Assembly (NCBI GenBank): GCA_048887225.1
Contig: JBHLJY010000001.1
Location: 100,335-164,334, forward strand
Reading direction: 5' to 3'
Source: Candidatus Hodarchaeota archaeon
GTDB taxonomy: Archaea; Asgardarchaeota; Lokiarchaeia; Sigyniarchaeales; SOKP01
Length of the DNA: 64,000 nucleotides
This document shows, piece after piece, positions 47,980-56,222 of this stretch. The translations under genes were made by a program, and so were the position numbers. The notes beneath the pieces were generated by a model that was not told the origin of the DNA, searched no databases, and saw only the letters and a list, made by a program, of their open reading frames with translations. Position 1 is the first letter of the stretch. Each line of letters opens with the position of its first letter.

Positions 47980-48864
47980 TTATTTCATTTTAGCGATTTC
48001 TTCGTTTACTTGTCGTATGCGCTCATCAATATCTTCAATACCTAATTTTTTCGCAAATTCCTCGAGCTTATCTTCATCTTGGTCCAAAATCTTTCTCCAA
48101 ATCAAACCTCCATCAACAACAAGAGCGTGTCCAGAAACAAAATTGGAATCATCACTGGCTAGCCATAGAGCAGCTTTGGCAACATCCTCTGGGAGGCCGG
48201 CACGTTTAATTGGTTGTATGTCAGCTAAAAAAATTTTCGCTAATACACCCAATCGTTCCGCCATATCTTGTGGCATTCCGAGCCCTCTTCCAAATATAGC
48301 AGTCGCAATTCCTCCGGGGCATATACAATTCACACGAATATCATATTCACCTAATTCTACAGCGACTGTGCGAGTTAAATGGATGATAGCTGCCTTAGCA
48401 GCACTATAAATATGAGGAGCCATGCCTGTTCGGAGACCTGCAACACTTGCGGTGCTAATAATACAGCCTGAACCTTGTTTTTTCATCACTGGAATAGAAT
48501 GTTTCATTCCGAGAAATACACTGCGAAACATAACTTCCATAGTCACATCGAACGCATCTGTGGGTATCTCTTCAATCGGCCCTCCAGCACCTCCAAAACC
48601 TGCGTTGTTAAACATAATATCTAGGCGTCCGAATTTTTCTACAGCGAGATCGATAGCAGCCTTGATTTCAGATTCATTGCGTACATTCATATGAAAATAC
48701 ATTGCATTTTGTCCTAGCTCTTCTGCGAGGGCCTTGCCTTTATCGTCTTGGATATCACCGAATATAATATGAGCCCCCTCTTCAATAAAGAGGCGAACCG
48801 AGGCATTACCGATACCACTTGCCCCACCCGTAATTACTCCAACCTTTCCATCGAGTCTTCCCAT
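47980..48864 (-). CDS. short-chain dehydrogenase/reductase (SDR)
   Basis: 294 aa. It has TGGASGIGNA, NNAG, and YSAAKAA (YxxxK). A charged 45-aa C-terminal extension follows. GC content is visibly higher than in the flanks. Confidence 0.85.
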   Translation of the reverse strand: MGRLDGKVGVITGGASGIGNASVRLFIEEGAHIIFGDIQDDKGKALAEELGQNAMYFHMNVRNESEIKAAIDLAVEKFGRLDIMFNNAGFGGAGGPIEEIPTDAFDVTMEVMFRSVFLGMKHSIPVMKKQGSGCIISTASVAGLRTGMAPHIYSAAKAAIIHLTRTVAVELGEYDIRVNCICPGGIATAIFGRGLGMPQDMAERLGVLAKIFLADIQPIKRAGLPEDVAKAALWLASDDSNFVSGHALVVDGGLIWRKILDQDEDKLEEFAKKLGIEDIDERIRQVNEEIAKMK

Positions 48865-48969
48865 TCTAACACATCCTTTTTAATATTAAATTGTCTTAAT
48901 TTTTTTTATTTAAAATATTATTAGAATTTTAGAATTTTTATAGATTTAATTTTTATTAACTGATGTGGA

Positions 48970-51324
48970 TTAGAAAGAGGTTGTAGTAGTTGGTTGAAAG
49001 ATTTTTTTTTTGATTAAATCTAAGATAATTTCAACATCACGCGGCTTAAACTTTTGTTCAGAGATAAGAAAAGTAGAATGGATATAATTTAAATTAAAAT
49101 CTTTCATGATTTGTTTTGCTTTATCTATCATTGCTCTTTCGCCTATAGTAAGTTTGACATCTATTTTCTCCACAACTTTTAATGGGGAAACAAACGATGT
49201 GTGGAGGTGTTCTTCAATTAACTCACGTATCCCTGCAAATTGACTTTTAATCCCCTTAAAACGCTTTATTTCTTCGCCAAATCTACTTTCAATACTATAC
49301 GATAAAGCTGTAACTGATCTTAACAATTCTTCTGAGGGACGTTCTTTCAAAATAAGTATTATTCTAAAATTTTTAAATTCTGACATTAAAACCTTTGATT
49401 CTTTATATTCTAACGAAATAGTCTGAGACTGATCGAAAGATTTCGTAAGTTCAATTCCAAAGGCACGAATAGCTTCCAAAAATCCGGATATCAATGTGGC
49501 ATCAATCTCTTTCCCAGCGATATATTGCTCATAAATATTTAATCCACTTTTCTTCTCTATTACCATAATATAATTTAAATTAATTATATCTCTAATTTTA
49601 TTGGTGAGATTTTCTCTACGTTCATCGCGTGTTCTCTTTAACATTTTAACACTTTTATAAGATATAATACTTCCTGCTGAAATTATACCACCAATTAAAA
49701 CAATAGCAAAAATTAACAGTGGATCAATACCTCCAGCTTTTTCTGTATCATCACCATTATCGTCTCCAATAATTAAAATGGAAACACCAGTAATCTGAAA
49801 CGATTGTAATTGAACACCTGCATCAGTACTATTCGTCCAAAACACGAAGCATTTCCAGGTTCCAGAAATAGCTGCAGAAGATAACGTTAAGTTAAAATCA
49901 AATTCAGATGTTGTTGTTCTTTCTTTTGTCTCTTGGTGGATTTTAATTGATCTACTATCGATTAAAATAAATGTATATTTACCTAATTTTGCTGGAGCCT
50001 TTACAACAAATCCTAAGTCATCACCTGCATTATAATCTGTTTTTGAAACGGTTAATGCAATTGGAAGTTCATTTGAATTAGCGGTAATTATCAATTGCCT
50101 TCCTCCGATTGTGGAATTATTACCTATAAATAATGTATTTCCATCATTTAAAATGGACGGTTCTGATGTTACATTTATAACTCCGTCAAATACACTAACA
50201 TGGAACCAATTATCGGGATAATCATAAAATAGTGAATAATTATATCCAAATCTATTAAAAGGTGGTTCAAACGTCCAAATATTATCTTGATTTTCCTTAA
50301 TATAAACCGTTCCATAACATGATAATGAGTTATTTAGTTTGATATAATAACTTAAATTAAGGAGCAATACATCAGATGTATTGTGTATAAATTGAATATT
50401 TAGACTAGAACTATTGGGAAAGTAATCTGTAAATGTTAAGGTTAAATTACCGGTTCCAAATATGATACCATCTTGGATAGAATAATCTGTTTCGTTTATT
50501 TCAGCCTTCAGATCAAGATTTGAGGGTTTAACAGTTCCGAGTGTTTGTGATTCTAATTTATAGAGAAACGTTTCATTGACTATTCCCGCTTCCCATCCAA
50601 TTCCGTTCCATCTCCAATTTAACAAATCTGGATATTTAGGAAAAATATCATTATAATACCAAAAAAAAGTTCCAGGATCGGGTGGAGGACCCGTCATTTC
50701 TGTACAATTAAATACTAACGAATAATACCCCGGAGAAAGAATTACTGGTGTAGAAAAAGTATGATCCCACCATAGTGGATTCGCTGATGTTACATTCAAA
50801 GAAGCATTAGCGTAAAGGATATTGTTTGGTCTTTGAGTTCCTGGATTATAACCATAGATTTGAAGATAACATTGAGCATCCGGAACTTTTGTTCTTAAAG
50901 CATATATTTTAACACCATATATTTTAGTAGAGGCCGTAAGATTAATCTGAACAGCATATGCTTTATCAGTAAATTTTATCTGTTTTGAGGAGATTGGGAT
51001 ATCCTCAATTACCTTAATCCCTCTTTGGAAAAAGATATTACTTATATCAAGGTGTAGTTTTGAAACATTCCATGTTGACCTTCCTAAATTTATATCAAGG
51101 AAATTGATGTTTTCCTCTGTTCCATTATTTTCCGCAATTTCAACTAAAGAAAAATTTTTAGTTATGGTTAAAGCTTCATTACTATATACGACTTGAGAGT
51201 TACTTGGATTTTTTTTTTCTATTGGAAACTCTGAATTTTTTGAATTAATCCCTGAAAAAACCAGTGCACTAAATAGAAAAATTAATCCTAAAAGAAAAAC
51301 AAAACCCAATCTCTTATTTGTCAT
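48970..51324 (-). CDS. single-pass surface glycoprotein candidate with cytosolic longin/roadblock-like domain (IDATLISGF)
   Basis: 784 aa. It has an N-terminal signal/anchor helix and a roughly 520-aa ectodomain with about 19 NxS/T sequons. A TM helix (IDPLLIFAIVLIGGIISAGSIISY) and a basic stop-transfer segment follow. The roughly 230-aa cytosolic region is homologous to residues 75-185 of the 37196-38548 protein. Confidence 0.7.
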   Translation of the reverse strand: MTNKRLGFVFLLGLIFLFSALVFSGINSKNSEFPIEKKNPSNSQVVYSNEALTITKNFSLVEIAENNGTEENINFLDINLGRSTWNVSKLHLDISNIFFQRGIKVIEDIPISSKQIKFTDKAYAVQINLTASTKIYGVKIYALRTKVPDAQCYLQIYGYNPGTQRPNNILYANASLNVTSANPLWWDHTFSTPVILSPGYYSLVFNCTEMTGPPPDPGTFFWYYNDIFPKYPDLLNWRWNGIGWEAGIVNETFLYKLESQTLGTVKPSNLDLKAEINETDYSIQDGIIFGTGNLTLTFTDYFPNSSSLNIQFIHNTSDVLLLNLSYYIKLNNSLSCYGTVYIKENQDNIWTFEPPFNRFGYNYSLFYDYPDNWFHVSVFDGVINVTSEPSILNDGNTLFIGNNSTIGGRQLIITANSNELPIALTVSKTDYNAGDDLGFVVKAPAKLGKYTFILIDSRSIKIHQETKERTTTSEFDFNLTLSSAAISGTWKCFVFWTNSTDAGVQLQSFQITGVSILIIGDDNGDDTEKAGGIDPLLIFAIVLIGGIISAGSIISYKSVKMLKRTRDERRENLTNKIRDIINLNYIMVIEKKSGLNIYEQYIAGKEIDATLISGFLEAIRAFGIELTKSFDQSQTISLEYKESKVLMSEFKNFRIILILKERPSEELLRSVTALSYSIESRFGEEIKRFKGIKSQFAGIRELIEEHLHTSFVSPLKVVEKIDVKLTIGERAMIDKAKQIMKDFNLNYIHSTFLISEQKFKPRDVEIILDLIKKKIFQPTTTTSF

Positions 51325-51576
51325 TTTTTTAATAATTTTTTAGGAATTTAACAATAATGATAATCATTTAGACTCAGATCAAAATTAATTAGTTTAATTA
51401 TTTAAATTTTTATCGTTGGGAATCAAATTTAGTATTTGATTTAATGGTTTTTTATTAGAAAAACTTGAAATCGTAATCATCATAATTGAACATAAATTAT
51501 ACCCATATCAAAACTAAATAAAACCAATTATTTAAGCTTTGATTCTATCATTTAAAAAATAAAAAAAAATAATGTA

Positions 51577-52161
51577 TTAACTCTTAAGTTTTTGGAGCAA
51601 GAAAGCAAAATTTTTTCCTAAATTTTTAAAAGTTTCTAGTCCTTCTTCGTCTTTCTTGATGTCTTCTGGATCCCTTACATTAGGATTCACCCCTAAATTC
51701 CAATAGCTAGAACCAACAACAAACATTTGATTAATTAAGAAAAAATAATTTAAACTCGAGAACACATGAGTTGCTCCTGCTCGCCTCACAGCAACTACTG
51801 CTGCGCCGACTTTATGTTTAAGAAGGTCCCCATTAACTTTACTTACAAGACCAGCTCTTTCAATTAAAGCTTTCATTCTAGTAGAAGTATCTGCAAAGTA
51901 TGTAGGAGAGCCTAATATTATTCCATCTGCTTCAAGCATCTTTTCAATATATTCATTCATTTTATCAGTTTTGACTGCACATCTCTTATCTTGATTTTGT
52001 TTACATCGATAACAAGAGATACATCCTTGGAGTTTATCCATACCAATCCAATTATAATCCACTTCAACTCCAGCAGCCTTCAATTCGTCCATTACAATAT
52101 TTAAACATTGATGGGTAACCCCTTCATTCCTAGGACTTCCATTAAACAAAGCAACTTTCAT
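51577..52161 (-). CDS. iron-sulfur flavoprotein / NADPH-dependent FMN reductase family
   Basis: 194 aa. It carries FNGSPRNEGVT, a compact CX2CX2CX7C motif (CISCYRCKQNQDKRC), and GSPTYFADTS. Confidence 0.75.
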   Translation of the reverse strand: MKVALFNGSPRNEGVTHQCLNIVMDELKAAGVEVDYNWIGMDKLQGCISCYRCKQNQDKRCAVKTDKMNEYIEKMLEADGIILGSPTYFADTSTRMKALIERAGLVSKVNGDLLKHKVGAAVVAVRRAGATHVFSSLNYFFLINQMFVVGSSYWNLGVNPNVRDPEDIKKDEEGLETFKNLGKNFAFLLQKLKS

Positions 52162-52495
52162 ATCTAAAATGATCTCATCAGTATTTAATTTTTAATTTAT
52201 AAAAACAATTTTATTGTTAATAAGCTTTTTTTTATATAATAAAGATTATAATTGAGAAGATCAATTAATAATTAGTGGAAAAGGTTCATACCGTACTGAA
52301 AACATAAAAAAAATAATATTTAACGGAGAAAAAGTTAAATCAGTAATTAGAGAAATAAACGACAATCCTATTAAAATTAATTTATCCTTAAAAAAGGAGT
52401 GTTCTTCGAACGAAAAAATATGTATCATTTCCAAAACCTAACTCTAATCATTTTAATTAAGAATGTTTTAATTAGGGTATAATTTAAGATCCAAA

Positions 52496-53167
52496 ATGAG
52501 TTTTAAAGAAAAAAGAAAAAAATTAGTGGAAAGCCTAATTAAAAGGAAAATTTTAATTTCACAAAAAGTAATTAACGCAATGCTTAAAGTCCCAAGAGAC
52601 AAATTTTTACCAGAAAAAGCGAAATCATCAGCATATTTGGATACACCATTATCAATTGGTTTAGGACAAACAATAAGCGCTCCTCATATGAACGCTATGA
52701 TGTGCGAATATCTTGAGCTTAAAGAAGGTGATAAAGTTTTAGAAATTGGAACAGGTTCGGGGTATCACGCTGCTTTATGTGCTGAGTTAGTTGCGCCAAA
52801 GAATTCTAAGAATCCTGGTCACGTTTATACTATTGAAAGACATAAAGAATTAGCAGAAAGAGCGAATAAATGTATAAAAGAAAATGGTTATGATAGCTCT
52901 GTTACAGTTATTCATGGCGATGGTACCTTAGGATACGAGGAGTCAGCACCTTACGATAAAATTTTAGTTACTGCTGCATCTCCAGAGAAGCTCCCTCCAC
53001 CTTTCAAAAAACAACTAAAAGATGGGGGTATTCTTTGTATTCCTGCTGGTTCTAAATCATTTGGGCAAAATTTATACGTAATTACAAGAAATGGGAAAGA
53101 ATTTAAAAGTAAAAAAATTACAGGGGTTCGCTTTGTCCCTCTTATTGGAGAATTTGGATTCAATTAA
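52496..53167 (+). CDS. pcm: protein-L-isoaspartate O-methyltransferase
   Basis: 223 aa. It carries PRDKFLP, GQTISAPHMNAMM, VLEIGTGSGYHAA and VRFVPL. Confidence 0.9.
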   Translation: MSFKEKRKKLVESLIKRKILISQKVINAMLKVPRDKFLPEKAKSSAYLDTPLSIGLGQTISAPHMNAMMCEYLELKEGDKVLEIGTGSGYHAALCAELVAPKNSKNPGHVYTIERHKELAERANKCIKENGYDSSVTVIHGDGTLGYEESAPYDKILVTAASPEKLPPPFKKQLKDGGILCIPAGSKSFGQNLYVITRNGKEFKSKKITGVRFVPLIGEFGFN

Positions 53168-53183
53168 AGAATTAGAAAAAAGG

Positions 53184-53330
53184 TTAATTTATCAATTTTT
53201 GATTGATTTTTTTTTTCATTAATTCGGTTCTCACTTTTTTAACAAATTTACTTCTTCTGATACAATTTATTAAGGCTTCCTCATCACCATTCCAGCAATA
53301 CCATTTTTCAATATTATCGCACGCAGCCAT
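53184..53330 (-). CDS. candidate micro-ORF (48 aa), basic C-terminus
   Basis: Translation: MAACDNIEKWYCWNGDEEALINCIRRSKFVKKVRTELMKKKINQKLIN. It is not in the ORF track because it is under 60 aa. It shares a C-terminal motif with the 53519-53659 ORF. Confidence 0.3.
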   Translation of the reverse strand: MAACDNIEKWYCWNGDEEALINCIRRSKFVKKVRTELMKKKINQKLIN

Positions 53331-53518
53331 TATATTTCAACACCTTAATTTTTACAATCTTTCATATTTACCCATATAAAATATAAAAAAAGACAATATG
53401 AACTTAATACTTATAATTTCTGATATTTTTCATAAAAAAAAATTACAAAAGATAAGGAATTCAATGCTTAAGATTATAAAAAGTAAAATAAAATTTTGTT
53501 AAAATAAAGAGGATTAGT

Positions 53519-53659
53519 TTAGGGAGGTGTCTTTTTATTTTTTTTTTTAAGTAGTTTTGCTCGCACATTACTTACGAATTCGTTTTTTTGAATGTTTTCA
53601 CGGACGGATTTGTTTGAGTAAGACCAAGAATTACGTTTTTGGATTTTAATGTTTCTCAT
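53519..53659 (-). CDS. candidate micro-ORF (46 aa), basic C-terminus
   Basis: Translation: MRNIKIQKRNSWSYSNKSVRENIQKNEFVSNVRAKLLKKKNKKTPP. It shares I-x4-FV-x2-VR-x2-L-x-KKK with the 53184-53330 ORF. Confidence 0.3.
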   Translation of the reverse strand: MRNIKIQKRNSWSYSNKSVRENIQKNEFVSNVRAKLLKKKNKKTPP

Positions 53660-53779
53660 AAGATCTACATTTTTCCAATGATATTAGTACATTAATAATA
53701 AAGTTACATTTAAAGTATATAAAGATAGTTAATTCCGACAAAAAACCTATCAGACTTACAATATTGTAAAAATTAGAAT

Positions 53780-55954
53780 TTATTCAATTTTTAATTTAAG
53801 ATTAATTTTAAAATTTTTATCAAGTTTAAAAAGAGGAGCTACGTTTATTCCTTGATAAATACTCTTATATCCCATATCGGTGTACACATATGCAGATATT
53901 GGGAATTTATTAATATTTACTAAATCTGTATTACTTGAAAGCAATAGTTCAAAATTTAAATCGTAGGTCTCGTCGTAAGCTTTAAAATCTGACCCTTTAT
54001 ACTGAAACGGTTCCATTAAATCTTTTTCTTTTTCGTCTTTAAATTCGACTTCCACACTCTCCCACTGAAATTTTTTTGTGTCTCCATTAAAAAAAAAAGG
54101 TATGTCAGCGATAATACATATATTTTCGATAATATTTTTCAAGATTTCTTCCTTACCAGGGATCTCCTTAAATCTGCCGTCAATGGTTATTAAGATAGTA
54201 TTTGCTTCGATATCTATATTTTTGGACATTTCGCAGGTTATCCTCTCATTAGAATAGGGATCTTTTATGCTTCCAACTTTTTTAAGCTCAATAATAGCTG
54301 ATGTTCCGTATTTTTCGTTTTTGGTAACTTTAAAATCACCCTCAACAAAATCTCCAAATTCATAATAGGTGTCTTCTTGAATTTGTTTGAGAGTCACGTT
54401 CTCGTGTAAAAATCTTAAGCGTAGCATACTTCTTCTATATCTATCAATAACAATTTCTTGTGTTTTGATTTTCTCGTCTTTATGATATGCTTCATGCCAT
54501 CTTGTTAAAGTATTTAACAAATTATAGGATTTTGGTTTGTAATCTAATTCAAATATTGTTCCTCCATCAGAAGGATCAAAATACACGTTAAGAACATTTG
54601 ATTCAATTAAAACGTCCATTTTACTATTTTTATTAAAATCTATAGGAGTTATTGTTATATAGGGACTTAGAATAGGATAAATAACAGGCATTAGTTCGTC
54701 AATTATTTTTTCAGCATTTATTAAATGCGTATATACGGAAAATCGTAAGAACTGTAGATATACTCCTCCAAACAATCCATGCCAATAACAATCGTTGCAT
54801 TGCGCTTTATAAATTTCGTCCCACGCCTCGTTTATTTTTACTGTAATGTTTGAATCGAAAGCTACATTTTGCAGTTTTTTTAACTGTTCTTCAACTTGTA
54901 TTAGTTTTTCTCTTACATAAAGCATTTTTTTATGCATGTTATTTGATTCTGGATATTTTACCAAAAAATACCGCCAAAAGCCTCCCGATAAAAATTGATA
55001 CGCTTCCTTCCAATTTTCATCCTTTTTAATGTTTTTTCTTATTTTTTTAAATTTTTTCCTAATGTGTGTTGGTAACACCCATTCTTCCATTTTATCGTAG
55101 CTTGCTGTTGGAATGTACAATAAACTTTTCGCGGGATATTGTTGCATATATTCAGATAAGGTTATGGATTTAATCCAATCATTTTTTACTATTTGTTCAA
55201 AAAAAGCGGGAATAAAAGGTTTGTTATCATCCCCATCCCAATGCCCTTGTCCTTCTACATAGCATATTTCGTGAGTAGATCCCCAAACACCCATTTTTTC
55301 AGCATCAGATATTAAAAGTGCAATTCGATCTCCATTATTATCAGCTGCATTTCTTAAATAATCAATTGATAAATAGGTGGGTTTCCACGGAGTTAAATAT
55401 CTTAACTCTTCGTTGATTGGAAATATCCTCAAAGTCTTTCCTTCATCTTCAGTAACATAGGTATAAAAAGTATCCTCTTCTGTTAATCCACAGGACCTAA
55501 GATGATTATCGTCAACAATAATATATTTTAATCCAACTTCGTTTAAAAAAGAAGGATAACTCGGTTCCCACACTCTTTCCGACAGCCATGCTCCTTTAAC
55601 ATCTAAACCAAATTCTTCTTTAATAAGAATAGAGAGCTTCTTCATTTGAGCTATTCGATCTCTATGTGGAATAATTGCAAACATAGGTTCGTAGTATCCG
55701 CCACCTATTATCTCGATTTGTTCTCTTTTAGCCATGGTTTTTAATTTATTAATGAATTCTGGTTTGTTTTTTAAAAACCATTCTAGTAAATTTCCAGAAA
55801 AATGCAGTGTTACTTTGATCTGAGGATAATTATATATATTATCAATTAAAGGACTATAAGCTTTTTTAAAACAATCTTCAAATACCCATTGAAAGTTATC
55901 GACTGGTTGGTGAAAATGAAAAACTATGGGTAGATAAATTGTTTTTTCAGCCAT
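53780..55954 (-). CDS. glycoside hydrolase family 57 enzyme (alpha-amylase / 4-alpha-glucanotransferase type)
   Basis: 724 aa. It carries VFHFHQPVDNF, EIIGGGYYEP, WLSERVWEP and ISDAEKMG, in the canonical GH57 order. Confidence 0.85.
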   Translation of the reverse strand: MAEKTIYLPIVFHFHQPVDNFQWVFEDCFKKAYSPLIDNIYNYPQIKVTLHFSGNLLEWFLKNKPEFINKLKTMAKREQIEIIGGGYYEPMFAIIPHRDRIAQMKKLSILIKEEFGLDVKGAWLSERVWEPSYPSFLNEVGLKYIIVDDNHLRSCGLTEEDTFYTYVTEDEGKTLRIFPINEELRYLTPWKPTYLSIDYLRNAADNNGDRIALLISDAEKMGVWGSTHEICYVEGQGHWDGDDNKPFIPAFFEQIVKNDWIKSITLSEYMQQYPAKSLLYIPTASYDKMEEWVLPTHIRKKFKKIRKNIKKDENWKEAYQFLSGGFWRYFLVKYPESNNMHKKMLYVREKLIQVEEQLKKLQNVAFDSNITVKINEAWDEIYKAQCNDCYWHGLFGGVYLQFLRFSVYTHLINAEKIIDELMPVIYPILSPYITITPIDFNKNSKMDVLIESNVLNVYFDPSDGGTIFELDYKPKSYNLLNTLTRWHEAYHKDEKIKTQEIVIDRYRRSMLRLRFLHENVTLKQIQEDTYYEFGDFVEGDFKVTKNEKYGTSAIIELKKVGSIKDPYSNERITCEMSKNIDIEANTILITIDGRFKEIPGKEEILKNIIENICIIADIPFFFNGDTKKFQWESVEVEFKDEKEKDLMEPFQYKGSDFKAYDETYDLNFELLLSSNTDLVNINKFPISAYVYTDMGYKSIYQGINVAPLFKLDKNFKINLKLKIE

Positions 55955-56222
55955 TAGTTAGAACACCAATTATTTGAGAATATAAACAAAAGTAAGATTT
56001 GGTAACATTTAAGATTTTAAATTATTTTTGAACTAAAACTTTTTTTCGAGATTATACATTTTCTACTAATTTTTTTTAAGTTAATTTAATTATCTTAAAG
56101 GATTTTTCTTAATAAATTTATAAAAATAACATATTTTTTCTTATTAAAAAAGTTCTATAATGGAGAAAACCTATAATTATTTGTAAAAAATTACTAATTA
56201 TTAAGAGAATAGAACCTCACGA

